Positions 9,986 through 20,054 of a stretch of 64,000 nucleotides of DNA are shown in pieces. A program made the translations under genes and the position numbers. The stretch is from Candidatus Latescibacterota bacterium. GTDB lineage: Bacteria; Latescibacterota; UBA2968; UBA8231. The DNA lies in contig CBDETK010000013.1 of the NCBI GenBank assembly GCA_965242865.1, positions 5,024,001-5,088,000 on the forward strand, given 5' to 3'. Below the pieces are notes generated by a model. The model made no database searches and had not been told where the DNA came from. It worked only from the letters and a program-made list of their open reading frames with translations. The stretch's first letter is position 1, and each line of letters begins with the position of its first letter.

Positions 9986-10056
9986 AGCTATCTCAAGGTT
10001 TTACAATATAGGCCAAGCCCTCACTCGGGGCAATGCGCTCCGCGACGGGCCGCGGG

Positions 10057-10821
10057 CTAAAACGCGTACTTCAGGATGCCGCTCGCCACGTGGGAGTTGT
10101 TGTTTTCCCCTTCGATATACGTTCGGTAAAACTGCCATCCCAAGTCCAAATCCATTTCGTTGAAAGGCACGTTTACGCCGGCGCGCAGGGTTAGCTGCAA
10201 ATCCGTTCCTCGGTCGTCTATCTTCTCGGGCAGTAGTTCCGCAAACTCCCCCAAATTCTCGATAAATGCCTGCGTCGGCTCATCCCGCTCAATATCCAAG
10301 TCTATGTTCGAGCGCATAATGCCCACGCCGCCGCCGAGGTACGGCTTCGCGCCGTCGCCGGGCGTCATGGCCATCTTGGTAGGGTACACGAGCAGATCGA
10401 GCTTCGACTGGAGGGCGACCAAGTTCCCGTCGTAGCTAAAACCAGCAGGCAGCTCAAAATCGCCGCTAGACAACACCTGCGTCAAACTGGCGGGCAGAGA
10501 AACCCCGAGCACCGAGGACTGTTTCGACCAAGCGCCGGTCAGTTCGAGCGCCGCATAATCGGAAATCCCCCTTCCCGCAACCGCCGCGAACCCGAGGCCG
10601 TAGCCAACGGCGAGATCGCCCGAGGCCGTCATCTCGTTGTTCAAGACGGTAAAAGACGTTTGATGGTGCAGATCTTGGGCCAAGGAGACGGCGACCATGG
10701 TGCCGACGTACACCTTTCTTTTGGCTTCGACCGGCTGCGACAGCCCGGGGACGGCATGAGTAACGCACAACGCAGCAGCAACCATTAAGATGGCTGCAAC
10801 GTTCCCTCTCGAATTCTCCAC
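10057..10821 (-). CDS. Small outer-membrane beta-barrel protein (OmpA/OmpW-like transmembrane fold)
   Basis: Signal peptide, KPYLGGGVG strand motif, amphipathic strands, C-terminal KYAF beta-signal. Confidence 0.7.
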   Translation of the reverse strand: MENSRGNVAAILMVAAALCVTHAVPGLSQPVEAKRKVYVGTMVAVSLAQDLHHQTSFTVLNNEMTASGDLAVGYGLGFAAVAGRGISDYAALELTGAWSKQSSVLGVSLPASLTQVLSSGDFELPAGFSYDGNLVALQSKLDLLVYPTKMAMTPGDGAKPYLGGGVGIMRSNIDLDIERDEPTQAFIENLGEFAELLPEKIDDRGTDLQLTLRAGVNVPFNEMDLDLGWQFYRTYIEGENNNSHVASGILKYAF

Positions 10822-10860
10822 GTTTGTCCTCCTTTGTTGGTTGCTGCGTTTATTCCCTCT

Positions 10861-11994
10861 TCAGCTCCCCGGCAACGCATATCGCTCCAATGCCTCCTCG
10901 TCCACCTCAACCCCCAAACCCGGCCGATCGGTGACCTTGTAGTAGCCGTTTTCGGGTTCGTACGGCTCCTTGAGGATCCGACTCTTGAGCGCGTTGGCGT
11001 GGTGGGCGTGCTCCATGATCATGAAGTTCGGGCACGACGCCGACCACTCGACGGTCGCGGCCGTCGCCAAAATTCCACCCCCTCCGATGTGCGGTGCGAC
11101 CGGAATGTTGTACGTGTCGGCCAGCGTCGCAATCCGATGCCCCTCGGTAATCCCCGTCCGAGCGATGTCGTGCATTGCGATGTCGTACGCCCGGCGCTCG
11201 AACTGCTCGCGCATCTCGTAGCGGGTGCGCGCCCACTCCCCGATCGCCACCGCCATATCCAAGGCCCGGGTTATCTCGGCCTGACCCGGGATGTCCTCCG
11301 GCATGATCGGCGCCTCCAGCCAAGTGAACCCTAGCTTTTCGAGTGCGCGCCCCAGCAATATCGCGCTGGCGACCGTTTGCCGCGTATGCGTATCGACCAT
11401 CAGCATGATGCCCGGGCCGACGCGCTGGCGCACGGCGCGGCAAACCTCCGCGACGCCTTCCCCATCGAGCAACAAGTGCAGTTTCAACGCCTTGTACCCG
11501 TAGCTCAGATGCTCCTCAGCCGAATCCGCAACCTCCACCGGGTCTGCGCCGCCCACTCCCGCGTAGAGCAGGATCGCGTCTCGATACCGCCCGCCGGCAA
11601 TTTTGTGAACCGGCTTCTCGACGGCCTTTCCCACGATGTCCCACAGCGCGATGTCAGTCCCGGCGAGCGCGTCGATGTAGAACCCCGTTGGGTGGCCGCG
11701 CTCCCGCATGGCCGCGTAGTTGCGCGTCCAAATCGCCTCGATGTCGAATGGATCGCACCCCATCACCAACGGCCGCACCAATTCGCGCACAATGGTCGCA
11801 GTCGTGTTCGGCGACACCGGCGACTGCGCCTCGCCCCACCCGACGATTCCGTCGTCCGTCTCAATTCGGATAACGGTGGTCTCGTGCTGGCGCGCGTAGA
11901 TCGTGGTGAACGCCGAGCGATCTACGCGGTAATCGCCGCTGGCCTCGCGTTCACCGACCCGCAACGGGAACGCTTTAACATCGGCTATTTTCAT
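10861..11994 (-). CDS. Mandelate racemase/muconate lactonizing enzyme family (enolase superfamily, likely acid-sugar dehydratase)
   Basis: IETDDGIVGWGE, DIALWDIVGK, KALK, LMVD..WLEAP..IGE metal ligands, PGLGVEVD. Start at ATG 11994. Confidence 0.88.
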   Translation of the reverse strand: MKIADVKAFPLRVGEREASGDYRVDRSAFTTIYARQHETTVIRIETDDGIVGWGEAQSPVSPNTTATIVRELVRPLVMGCDPFDIEAIWTRNYAAMRERGHPTGFYIDALAGTDIALWDIVGKAVEKPVHKIAGGRYRDAILLYAGVGGADPVEVADSAEEHLSYGYKALKLHLLLDGEGVAEVCRAVRQRVGPGIMLMVDTHTRQTVASAILLGRALEKLGFTWLEAPIMPEDIPGQAEITRALDMAVAIGEWARTRYEMREQFERRAYDIAMHDIARTGITEGHRIATLADTYNIPVAPHIGGGGILATAATVEWSASCPNFMIMEHAHHANALKSRILKEPYEPENGYYKVTDRPGLGVEVDEEALERYALPGS

Positions 11995-12194
11995 TGATTT
12001 GCTCCGTCCTGTTGTCGATAAGCCTGAATCATTCAAACAGCGATTCTCGGCCGCGCAATACAACCCCTAAAGCAGGGGTCTATATCGCCGCCGGGCCGTC
12101 GCCCCATCGCCAACCCCACGCATTCCCCCAAGAGCAAATCTCTGGTCCATCGAGAAGAATGGCAAACTAGAAAGTGACAGGTTACATTCCATGA

Positions 12195-12236
12195 GTGATT
12201 ATCCGCTTTCGACACAACGGACAAGAAGGACTGTGA
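12195..12236 (+). pseudogene. Remnant N-terminus of a HigB toxin
   Basis: GTG-started mini-ORF (V/M)[12 protein letters not shown] resembles the HigB start MIxSFRHKGL and ends 1 nt before the higA ATG. Confidence 0.45.
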
Positions 12237-12237
12237 A

Positions 12238-12528
12238 ATGCCGATGAAAGACCCACCCCATCCGGGTCTGTCCGTCCGGCGGGATGGTCTAGACCCGTTA
12301 GGGCTAACCGTGACAGAAGCGGCAAAAAAACTCGGGGTTAGCCGGAAGCAGCTATCCGATGTCGTGAATGGTCGTGCGGGGATCTCGCCGCAGATGGCGA
12401 TCCGCCTCGACAAGGCGTTTGGCGGCGGAGCGAACACGTGGTACCGGTTGCAGGCGGCCTACGACTTAGCCCAAGCCATGAAACAGGCCGACCAAGTCAA
12501 AGTCGAGCGGCTATTGACGGTGGAATAG
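12238..12528 (+). CDS. higA: HigA-family antitoxin (HTH-XRE)
   Basis: [46 protein letters not shown] is the typical HigA signature. Confidence 0.88.
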   Translation: MPMKDPPHPGLSVRRDGLDPLGLTVTEAAKKLGVSRKQLSDVVNGRAGISPQMAIRLDKAFGGGANTWYRLQAAYDLAQAMKQADQVKVERLLTVE

Positions 12529-12553
12529 GTGGAATAGGTAAGGACGTATTTCG

Positions 12554-13439
12554 ATGAGCCGCTACCGGTTGCTGAAGGGTCTGATTCCGTCTTTTTCTCG
12601 GGTTCTACGTGTTCATGATCTGGCTGAAGCCCGTTCTCGGGGTCACCCACGATGAGATATTCCCATTTTTCGATTGGACGCTATTTGATTACATCCCGGA
12701 GTGGCAGATTACGGAAAATGCCCTCGTCGTCCACTCGATAGACGGTAAGCCGGTTTCCGGTACGCGCTACTTGATTCCCAACCATAGCATAAGAGACTGG
12801 AAGGCCCTGGGGAGCACAGTCAACGACTGCCGCCGCTTGGCGGATTGCGATAACGCAGTCAAACAAAGGCTTTACCGAATTGTAAAAAGGCGAGCCAAGG
12901 GAAAGGACGTTGAGTTCAGCATCATCGAGGCTCGCATTGACCTGCGCGAGGTGCAACGCGGCATATACGACTTGGCCAAAGGCGAAGCGAAACGCACCGA
13001 CTTTTTCCAGCTCCGGCCGGAAAACGCAATAGGCCGCTGGACCACGGGAGGGGGCCGGAGCCAGACCGGAAATTGGGACGGCAGTTACGAGGCCGCGAAA
13101 TTGCTGGTCCGCGCCCATTTTGACGTATTCCTCTACGAGAACAACCTGATTTACGTCAGGGACTCCTGCGACCAAACGGACTTGGACACGCGCTTCTTCC
13201 TGCACCTGTATCCGGTGGATAAAAACGACCTTCCCAGCCACCGCAAAAAATACGTCACCGATAACCTCGACTTTAATTTCGGCGATTATCGCTTCCGGTT
13301 GGACGAGGAATGTGTAACGGTGCGGGATCTCCCGGCGTATGAATTTCGCCGCATTCAAACCGGCCAGTTCATAAGCGGGCAAGGCCACCTCTGGGAAGTC
13401 GATATCGAGCTCGCCCCGGCTGAGGGAAAGGATGGGTAG
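12554..13439 (+). CDS. Membrane-anchored hypothetical protein; N-terminus restored by removing one T at 12592-12596
   Basis: ATG 12554 follows AAGGA and gives MSRYRLLKGLIP; with one T fewer the frame continues SFLGFYVFMIWLKP into ORF 12609-13439. Contains FPFFDWTLF and a C-terminal FFLHLYP..DNLDF..IQTGQF domain. Confidence 0.55.
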
Positions 13440-14412
13440 CTTGAGCCACGGCTGGCTAAGATGGCTGCGGCGCAATGTTCTGCAATTCGACGCCGGGGAC
13501 CGCCGCACCCCGGCCGATTTTTCCCGGGCGGCCGCCGGCGTCGCTCTGCTGGTCCGGTTCTACTACCTGTTCACGTTTTTTACGATAGCTAAATCGTTCC
13601 TCAGATACCATGGAGCCTCCCGCGGCAATCCGCCCACGGACCCGCTGTGGCCGATTCAACTGCTGATGAAGCTGACCGACACCGGCTGGCTGGCCAATGT
13701 ACCCTTTATATCGGCAGCGAGTTTGGCGGTCTCGATGTTGGCGTTCATTTTTCCGAGGGTGCTGGTCTGGCGGTTCGGCGTTTTCCTGTATCTCTTCCTC
13801 GTGGGCGCGCTGAACAATTCTTATGGTTCCATCAATCACGGGGTCCATCTCTACCTGTTCATCAGTTTTGCGCTGCTGTTCCTTCCGCCGGCCCCGGCCC
13901 ATTTAGGGCGGATGTCGCGCAAAGCCGCCATGACGTACATCATGGTATTCTGGTTCATCCAGAGCATCTTGTTATTCTGCTATTCCCTCGCCGGCTTTTG
14001 GAAAATACAGGGCAACCACCTAGAGCTTTTCGCGCCGGATGGCCTCATCCGAATTTTGCTGGAGCGCGTAATGAACGACACCGGCCCCGTGCCTCCTCTG
14101 CTGCCGCTGTTCGTGTCGCAGCAATACCTGCCGCAGCTAATGTTTCTGGGGATAGTTTATACCCAGTTTTTCGCGATCTTTGCTTTGTTCAGGCCGCATT
14201 TGCACCGGCCCTTCGGAATGGTGCTGGTCTCCTTCCACCTAGGAAGCTACTACTTGACAGGCGTCCTCTTCCCTTCCCACATCGTGTTCTTGGCTATGTT
14301 CCTCTTGTTTTCTCCCCTCGCCCCGCGCTTTCACTTTTTGAGTTTGGTGCAGTCGCTGCCGTTGTTGGGAATTCCGTTCCGAAGAAACTGGTGGCGTCGA
14401 TCTAGATATTGA
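13432..14412 (+). CDS. HTTM-like (VKGC/SdpB-related) integral membrane protein
   Basis: About 8 hydrophobic segments; SYGSINHG, YSLAGFWK, FHLGSYYLTG motifs; overlaps the upstream gene. Confidence 0.5.
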   Translation: MGSLSHGWLRWLRRNVLQFDAGDRRTPADFSRAAAGVALLVRFYYLFTFFTIAKSFLRYHGASRGNPPTDPLWPIQLLMKLTDTGWLANVPFISAASLAVSMLAFIFPRVLVWRFGVFLYLFLVGALNNSYGSINHGVHLYLFISFALLFLPPAPAHLGRMSRKAAMTYIMVFWFIQSILLFCYSLAGFWKIQGNHLELFAPDGLIRILLERVMNDTGPVPPLLPLFVSQQYLPQLMFLGIVYTQFFAIFALFRPHLHRPFGMVLVSFHLGSYYLTGVLFPSHIVFLAMFLLFSPLAPRFHFLSLVQSLPLLGIPFRRNWWRRSRY

Positions 14413-14444
14413 AATAGGGGTTCGGGCACTGGGATGGCGTGGAC

Positions 14445-15329
14445 CTACGCCGGCTCCTCGCCGATGCTCGCCAGCCGAACCTTTGCTTCTGCGTAGAGAT
14501 CGGCCGGCAGCGGCCCGGCCAAGGCCGCGGCGACGTTGGATTGTAGATGCGCGAGGTTGGTCGTGCCGACAATGGTCGTGTGGCACGCTAAGTGCGCGAG
14601 GGTGAATCGCAGGACAAACTCGTGCCGACTCATTCCGCCGGTCAGCTCGTCGAGCCCGGCCCGCTCCCACTTCGACTGACGCTCCTCATTGGCGCGGTGG
14701 CCCAAGCTAATGCCGCCGCGAATGATGATTCCGGCCCCGGCGTCGGCTGCTTGCTGAATCATCCTTTCGTGCTGACGCTCCAAGGCGGAGTAGGGAATCT
14801 GAAATGCATCAAAAGCCCCGGACTCCACAAAGGCGGCCAGATGCGGCACTGTGGAGGACACGCCGATAAACCGGGTTTTGCCCGCCCGTCGGATATCTTC
14901 GAGGACTTCGATCAGCCCGCCCCGCTCGACCTCCTCTGCGGTGGGATTGTGCATCTGGAGCAGATCGACGCAATCGACCTTTAGGCGGCGCAGGCTCTGG
15001 TCGATGTTGGCGCGCAAGCGCTCGGCCGTCCACAGGTGGCTCGGCTCCAGTCGGTGGCCCTCGGCGTCGATGTTGCAGCCGCACTTGGTCGCGAGGAAAA
15101 ACTCGTCGCGGCGGTGGCTGAGAAACCGGCCGATCCGCTCCTCGCTCGCGCCGTAATCCGGGGCGGTGTCGAAAAAATTGATGCCCGCGTCGAGGGCCGC
15201 GTTCAATACGCGGCCGGCCTGAGCGTCGTGCGAGGCTTCATCCGGCAGGCCGCGCTCGGCCGCGCCAAAGCCGAGTTGGGTGACCGCAAGCCCGGTGCGC
15301 CCGAGGGTGCGTTTGGTCAAAGTGTCCAT
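14445..15329 (-). CDS. Aldo/keto reductase
   Basis: LGRTGLAVTQLGFG, GINFFDTAPDYG.SE, SLRRLKVDCVDLLQMH, GKTRFIGVS. Confidence 0.92.
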   Translation of the reverse strand: MDTLTKRTLGRTGLAVTQLGFGAAERGLPDEASHDAQAGRVLNAALDAGINFFDTAPDYGASEERIGRFLSHRRDEFFLATKCGCNIDAEGHRLEPSHLWTAERLRANIDQSLRRLKVDCVDLLQMHNPTAEEVERGGLIEVLEDIRRAGKTRFIGVSSTVPHLAAFVESGAFDAFQIPYSALERQHERMIQQAADAGAGIIIRGGISLGHRANEERQSKWERAGLDELTGGMSRHEFVLRFTLAHLACHTTIVGTTNLAHLQSNVAAALAGPLPADLYAEAKVRLASIGEEPA

Positions 15330-15343
15330 GGCTCCTCCTCAAG

Positions 15344-17302
15344 TTAAGTGCTGCCGAGTGCCCGCTCCCGCACCATTTCGTGCCCCGCAAACAAATCCCG
15401 CGCCACCGTGCCCTGCGCTTGGCGAGGCGGCTCGGCCCCCAGCATCTGGCAGAAGGTGGGCACGACATCAGCGGCGTGGATATACCCCAGCTTGTCCACC
15501 GGCCGCTCGTAGCCTTGCTTTACGCCCGGCCCGGCCAGCAACCACGAGCCAAAGCTGGACGAGGTCTGGCTCTGGGTCGGCAAAAACCCGCCGTGGTGCG
15601 CCCCGTACACATTGGGTGCTCCAACGCAGCCCCCGCCGGCAATGCCCCGCCACTGCCCGTAGTACCCGCTGACGTACCCGTGATCCCAAGCAAAAACGAC
15701 ATCGCCGCATTGGTCGCCCCACTGGCCGAGGAGGTACGCGTCGCGCCGCGGCAGGGCTACGGCCACGGGATTGCGCCCCACTTCTCGGTCGACCCACGTG
15801 CGCAGGGCCAGCAGCAACTCGGTCTCAATGCGGTCGAATGCTGGCCCCGGCTCGGCGTTGATGAAAATGTCGAACCCCTTGTCGTCCTTGAGATAGGCCC
15901 GGGTGCGCGCCCAGTCGATGTCCTCCTCGCGCACCTGATCGCGCACCAATCCCTCTTCCCCGCCCTTGAGGGCCAGAAAGCCCTGCTCGTGCAAAAACTG
16001 CCGGATATTGGCCACCCGCACATCGGGCGAACACCCGTGGTCGGACACCACGCCCACGTACGTCTGCTCATCCGCGTCCTCCCACAGCCGCCCCAAAATG
16101 CGGTCCCCCACCTGATAGGCCCGCCGAAAGTAATCCACGTACTGTTCGGCGCGCTCGGCCGCGTACCCCGGGCACACGGGATCCACATCCCCGAGGTGGA
16201 TGTGGTTGAGGTAGTCAAACAAATGCCAGTGGCAGATAAAGAAGGAACAGCCCCGCTCGCGCAGCATGTAGCGGGCGACCTCGGCAAACCACATCCCTTG
16301 GTACTCGCATTCTTCCAAGGCCGTGTCAAAATCGGCCATCCCGGCCGTGTAGGGCAACATGGAGGCGTGTTCCTGATACGGGCCAAAGCGCTCCACCAAC
16401 TCGCCAGCCAACTCCTCGGGCTGGGTGAAGCCGTCGGTATAGGTCGCCTGAGTGCGGTAGAGCTTGAGGCGGCTGCCGTCTGCGGCCAACTCCATCAGCT
16501 TGAAGCGGAGCGACGCCGGGCGGTTGCTCCCGTCGATGGCAAAGTCCGCCACCGCCCACTCGCTCCATTCGCCGGCCCCGGCAACGGCCACGCAACTTTT
16601 GCCGTCCCGGTCCCGACAGACCAGCACTCGGTCGTACCCCCGCCCGGTCGTGGCCACCGCCAGCAGGTGGAACGCGGTGACATCCCCGCCCAACCGAGCC
16701 ACCACCTCAAGGCGGCTCTCCAGCGGCGGGGCCTTGCTCGCGGGCAGGTTGCGCCACCCTTGCGCCGGCTTGAGCGGCGGGATCGGCTCGACGCTGCGCT
16801 GGGCCTGCCGCACGGCCGTGCCGTCGTGGTCCATCTCAATGGCCTCTGCTCGCGCAGCATCCGTGGTGTAGGCTTGGCAGGTGGCTACTTCAAAATCCGT
16901 GCTGCGGTGCCCGGGGTGGCCGAAGCCATCGACGACAAAGCCGGTTTTTACCCCGGAAGGATGGGCCGCCGGATAGTGGACGGCTACGCTCTGCATGCCC
17001 GCTCGCTCCAAGGCGTTCCAGATCCGCTCGGCGTTGTTGGCTCGCCCGTCAAAACTGTCGATCCGCTGGCCCGGCGCGACTTCCACCCGCCAGCGCGCCA
17101 CCCCGTGCGTCCCCGTGTGTGCTCCGGTCGAAAGCGTGGCCCAGTTGGTCGGGGTCCACACCGGGAAAGAGGGCAGGGTTTGGTTGACCGCGCCCTCTCG
17201 CAACAGGCGTTCAAAGTGGGGCAAGGCCCCTTCGGCCGCGAATCGCTTCATCATGGGGACGATAAAGCCGTCCATGCCAAAGGCGTATATTTTGCGCTCC
17301 AT
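15344..17302 (-). CDS. Alkaline phosphatase superfamily (nucleotide pyrophosphatase/phosphodiesterase-like) protein
   Basis: GMDG, FPVWTPTNWATLSTG..HG, DYLNH, VVSDHG, GAHHG, ADVVPT. Start at ATG 17302. Confidence 0.82.
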   Translation of the reverse strand: MERKIYAFGMDGFIVPMMKRFAAEGALPHFERLLREGAVNQTLPSFPVWTPTNWATLSTGAHTGTHGVARWRVEVAPGQRIDSFDGRANNAERIWNALERAGMQSVAVHYPAAHPSGVKTGFVVDGFGHPGHRSTDFEVATCQAYTTDAARAEAIEMDHDGTAVRQAQRSVEPIPPLKPAQGWRNLPASKAPPLESRLEVVARLGGDVTAFHLLAVATTGRGYDRVLVCRDRDGKSCVAVAGAGEWSEWAVADFAIDGSNRPASLRFKLMELAADGSRLKLYRTQATYTDGFTQPEELAGELVERFGPYQEHASMLPYTAGMADFDTALEECEYQGMWFAEVARYMLRERGCSFFICHWHLFDYLNHIHLGDVDPVCPGYAAERAEQYVDYFRRAYQVGDRILGRLWEDADEQTYVGVVSDHGCSPDVRVANIRQFLHEQGFLALKGGEEGLVRDQVREEDIDWARTRAYLKDDKGFDIFINAEPGPAFDRIETELLLALRTWVDREVGRNPVAVALPRRDAYLLGQWGDQCGDVVFAWDHGYVSGYYGQWRGIAGGGCVGAPNVYGAHHGGFLPTQSQTSSSFGSWLLAGPGVKQGYERPVDKLGYIHAADVVPTFCQMLGAEPPRQAQGTVARDLFAGHEMVRERALGST

Positions 17303-17405
17303 AGTTCCTCGTGGTTTGTGATTCGGTGACGGGGGCCGGCACGGGGGCCGGCCGCCTACGGTTATGGTTTGCATAGTTAGCGGCTTTTTCTCGGTGGCGG
17401 CAACA

Positions 17406-17435
17406 TTGACGGGTATCGGCGGATTTGGCTACGTT
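17406..17435 (+). promoter_or_regulatory. Candidate sigma70 promoter
   Basis: TTGACG-N18-TACGTT about 35 nt upstream of the 17469 ATG. Confidence 0.35.
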
Positions 17436-17468
17436 TCTCGCCGCGCCATCTAGCCCCGACGCCCACCC

Positions 17469-19415
17469 ATGTACCCAGCCTCCCAACCAGCCCCTCCAAT
17501 TCGCCTGCCGGCCATGCTGACGGGCCTTGGGCTCTGCGCCCTGATCTCGGTGGGGCTGCCTTACGGGGAATTCGTGATCAAGGGCACTCGGCTGGGATTG
17601 AGCTCATCGACGCCCGCCGCCTTTTTCCTGCTGTTCTGGCTGGTCGCGCTGGTGCAGCCGCTGCTGGGGTTGGTGCGGCCACACTGGGCGTTCAACCGCG
17701 CCGAGCTGCTGCTGATTACCGCGATGATGATGCTGGCAACGGCCATTCCGTCGAGGGGCTTTACCGGGGCTGCCATTCCCGCCATTTCCAGCGTGCTCTA
17801 CTACGCGACGCCAGAAAACAACTGGGTCGAGCTGCTAGTGCCCCACATCCCGACCGCGCTGATCGTCCAAGACGAGGGGGCGATCAAGCAGTTTTACGAG
17901 GGGCTGCCCCGCGGCGAATCCATCCCGTGGGGTGCTTGGATCGGGCCGCTTTCTTGGTGGTTGTTCTTCATGGCCGCCTTCTACCTCGTGCTCGTCTGCG
18001 CGATGGTGATTATGCGGCGGCAGTGGATGGACCACGAGCGATTGCTCTACCCGCTGGTACAGGTGCCCTTGGGGATGATCGAGGACGGCCCGCGCCCGGG
18101 GCGCGTAAAGCCCTTTTTGCGCAACCCAATTATGTGGGCTGGCTTTGCGGTCCCGGCGATTCTCAATACGGTCAATTCCTTTAGCCACTACTACGAGTTC
18201 GCGCCGCGCGTCGATCTCGACCTGCCGCTCGCTTTGGGGCACGACGCGGTCGTCTTGCGCGTCCGGCTCAACTACCTGATGATGGGCTTGGCCTATTTTA
18301 TCAACACGGGCATCTCCGGCAGCTTGTGGTTTTTCTACTTGTTGGCCAAAGCCCAAGAGTGGGCCTGCGCGACCCTCGGCGTCTTCACCACCGAACAGCT
18401 CGACGCCTTCAGCCATGCTGGCCCGACCACGGGCATGCTGAGCCATCAGAGCATGGGCGCGATGATCGCGCTGGTCGTCTTGGGGCTGTGGACGGCCCGT
18501 GGACATCTAAAGGCCGTGTGGCAACAGGCCAAAGCCGGCGACCGCACGGCCGGGGAGTTGTTGTCCTACCGGACGGCCGTGGGCGGCTTGGTCGTGGGCT
18601 TGGCCGTCATGGGCTTGTGGCTGGGGCAGACCGGGTTGCCTTGGTGGGCGGTGCTGCTGTTTCTCGGCGCGGCCTTCGCCATCTTCTTTGCCCTCACCCG
18701 CGTGATCGTCGAAGCCGGTCTCTCGTCGGCAGTGGAAGGGCTTTCGGGAGCGGGTTTTGTGGTGTCGGGCGTCGGCTCGAGTGCGCTGGGGGCGACCGGG
18801 ATGATGGCACTGGGCTTTACCCTCGCGTGGGCGGGCGATCTGCTGGTTTTTATGATGGCCCCTTGCGCCAACGGCATCCGCATGTTGCACGGCCTCAAGG
18901 TCGGGCGGCGGCGCGTTTTGGCGATGCTCGCCGCGGCGCTGGCCATCGGCCTTTTGGGGTCGATCTACGCGACCTTGAACTTGGGCTACCAATACGGGGC
19001 GCTCAACCTGCACCGGCAGTACTTCTCCGGGTTGTTTGCCTTGGAGCCGTTTCGCTTTGCCGCTCGCTTCATTGAGACGCCGACCGGCCCCTATTGGCTG
19101 GGGTGGCTCTGGAACGGAGTGGGGGCTGCGGTTATGGCGGGCTTGCTGTGGGCGCGGCACCACTTGTTGTGGTGGCCGCTGCATCCCATCGGCTACGTGG
19201 CCAGCGGCACTTGGATCCTCGGCAATATCTGGTTCAGCATCTTTCTCGCTTGGCTGATCAAATCCATCGTCTTGAAGTACATGGGGCCGGGGGGCTACCG
19301 CTCGACGCGCTGGTTCTTTTTGGGGGTGATCCTCGGGCAGTTCGCTTCGGGCGGAGCGTGGCTGGTGGTGGACAGCTTCACCGGAATGACGGGCAACGTG
19401 ATCCGCATGTATTGA
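17469..19415 (+). CDS. Polytopic membrane protein, DUF6785/DUF6784-like (OPT-like putative transporter)
   Basis: 648 aa, very hydrophobic; RRQW.DHERL.YPL and WWPLHPIGY..FLAWLIK..YR...FFLG motifs. Confidence 0.65.
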   Translation: MYPASQPAPPIRLPAMLTGLGLCALISVGLPYGEFVIKGTRLGLSSSTPAAFFLLFWLVALVQPLLGLVRPHWAFNRAELLLITAMMMLATAIPSRGFTGAAIPAISSVLYYATPENNWVELLVPHIPTALIVQDEGAIKQFYEGLPRGESIPWGAWIGPLSWWLFFMAAFYLVLVCAMVIMRRQWMDHERLLYPLVQVPLGMIEDGPRPGRVKPFLRNPIMWAGFAVPAILNTVNSFSHYYEFAPRVDLDLPLALGHDAVVLRVRLNYLMMGLAYFINTGISGSLWFFYLLAKAQEWACATLGVFTTEQLDAFSHAGPTTGMLSHQSMGAMIALVVLGLWTARGHLKAVWQQAKAGDRTAGELLSYRTAVGGLVVGLAVMGLWLGQTGLPWWAVLLFLGAAFAIFFALTRVIVEAGLSSAVEGLSGAGFVVSGVGSSALGATGMMALGFTLAWAGDLLVFMMAPCANGIRMLHGLKVGRRRVLAMLAAALAIGLLGSIYATLNLGYQYGALNLHRQYFSGLFALEPFRFAARFIETPTGPYWLGWLWNGVGAAVMAGLLWARHHLLWWPLHPIGYVASGTWILGNIWFSIFLAWLIKSIVLKYMGPGGYRSTRWFFLGVILGQFASGGAWLVVDSFTGMTGNVIRMY

Positions 19416-19430
19416 CCCTGAATGCGTTAA

Positions 19431-19464
19431 TTGACAGGCAAAGGGACATGGGTTATAGCTATAA
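19431..19464 (+). promoter_or_regulatory. TA operon promoter with palindromic operator
   Basis: TTGACA-N17-TATAGC; the -10 lies inside the perfect palindrome TTATAGCTATAA (19453-19464). Confidence 0.6.
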
Positions 19465-19504
19465 AAACGGCTATTCTGTTGCAATCAACGCTGGAGACCA
19501 AGAC

Positions 19505-19735
19505 ATGAGAACAGTCCAAATGACCCTCGATGAGGAACTGATTGAGGCGGTTGATAAGGTTGTGAAAAAAACTGGTACGACGCGATCTGCTTTTGCGCGA
19601 GAGGCTCTATACGCTGCTCTCAGGCAAGAAAAAATAAAAGAAAAGGAGCAAAAACACCGGGCGGGATATGCCCGCAAGCCGGTTCAATCCGGCGAATTTA
19701 GCCCTTGGGAAGACGAACAAGTGTGGGCTGAGTGA
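19505..19735 (+). CDS. Ribbon-helix-helix (CopG/MazE-like) antitoxin
   Basis: MRTVQMTLDEELIEAVD..TRSAFAREAL; GGAG RBS; stop overlaps the toxin start (GTGA). Confidence 0.85.
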   Translation: MRTVQMTLDEELIEAVDKVVKKTGTTRSAFAREALYAALRQEKIKEKEQKHRAGYARKPVQSGEFSPWEDEQVWAE

Positions 19736-20052
19736 TGCGACGAGGTGAGGTTCGTTGGTACAGATTCGCCCAGCCAGACAAGAGGAGACCTGTTGTTATT
19801 CTCACTAGGGATTCGGCGATTAAATATCTGGGCGAAATCACCGTAGCGCCGGTGACGTCAACCATTCGGGACATTCCCTCAGAAGTACTGCTGTCTCAAC
19901 GAGATGGAATGCCCAAAGAGTGTGCGATCAATCTGGATCACGTCCAGACCGTGTCCAAGGGTAAAATAGGCTCCTTAATTGTATCTCTCCCCCTGGCGAA
20001 GCTGGAAGAATTGCGCGGTGCGTTGCTTTTTGCATTGGGATTTGATGACTAG
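19732..20052 (+). CDS. mazF: MazF/PemK family mRNA interferase toxin
   Basis: RRGEVRW..DKRRPVVILTR..VAPVTSTIR..INLDHVQTV. Confidence 0.9.
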   Translation: MMRRGEVRWYRFAQPDKRRPVVILTRDSAIKYLGEITVAPVTSTIRDIPSEVLLSQRDGMPKECAINLDHVQTVSKGKIGSLIVSLPLAKLEELRGALLFALGFDD

Positions 20053-20054
20053 TT

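Noticed and set aside
15380-17329. 649-aa antisense ORF, plus similar long shadow ORFs at 31196-32944, 37989-39236, 38390-39742, 40727-41863 and 61058-62176
   Set aside because: They overlap well-supported genes on the opposite strand or in another frame, lack motifs, and are expected in high-GC coding DNA.
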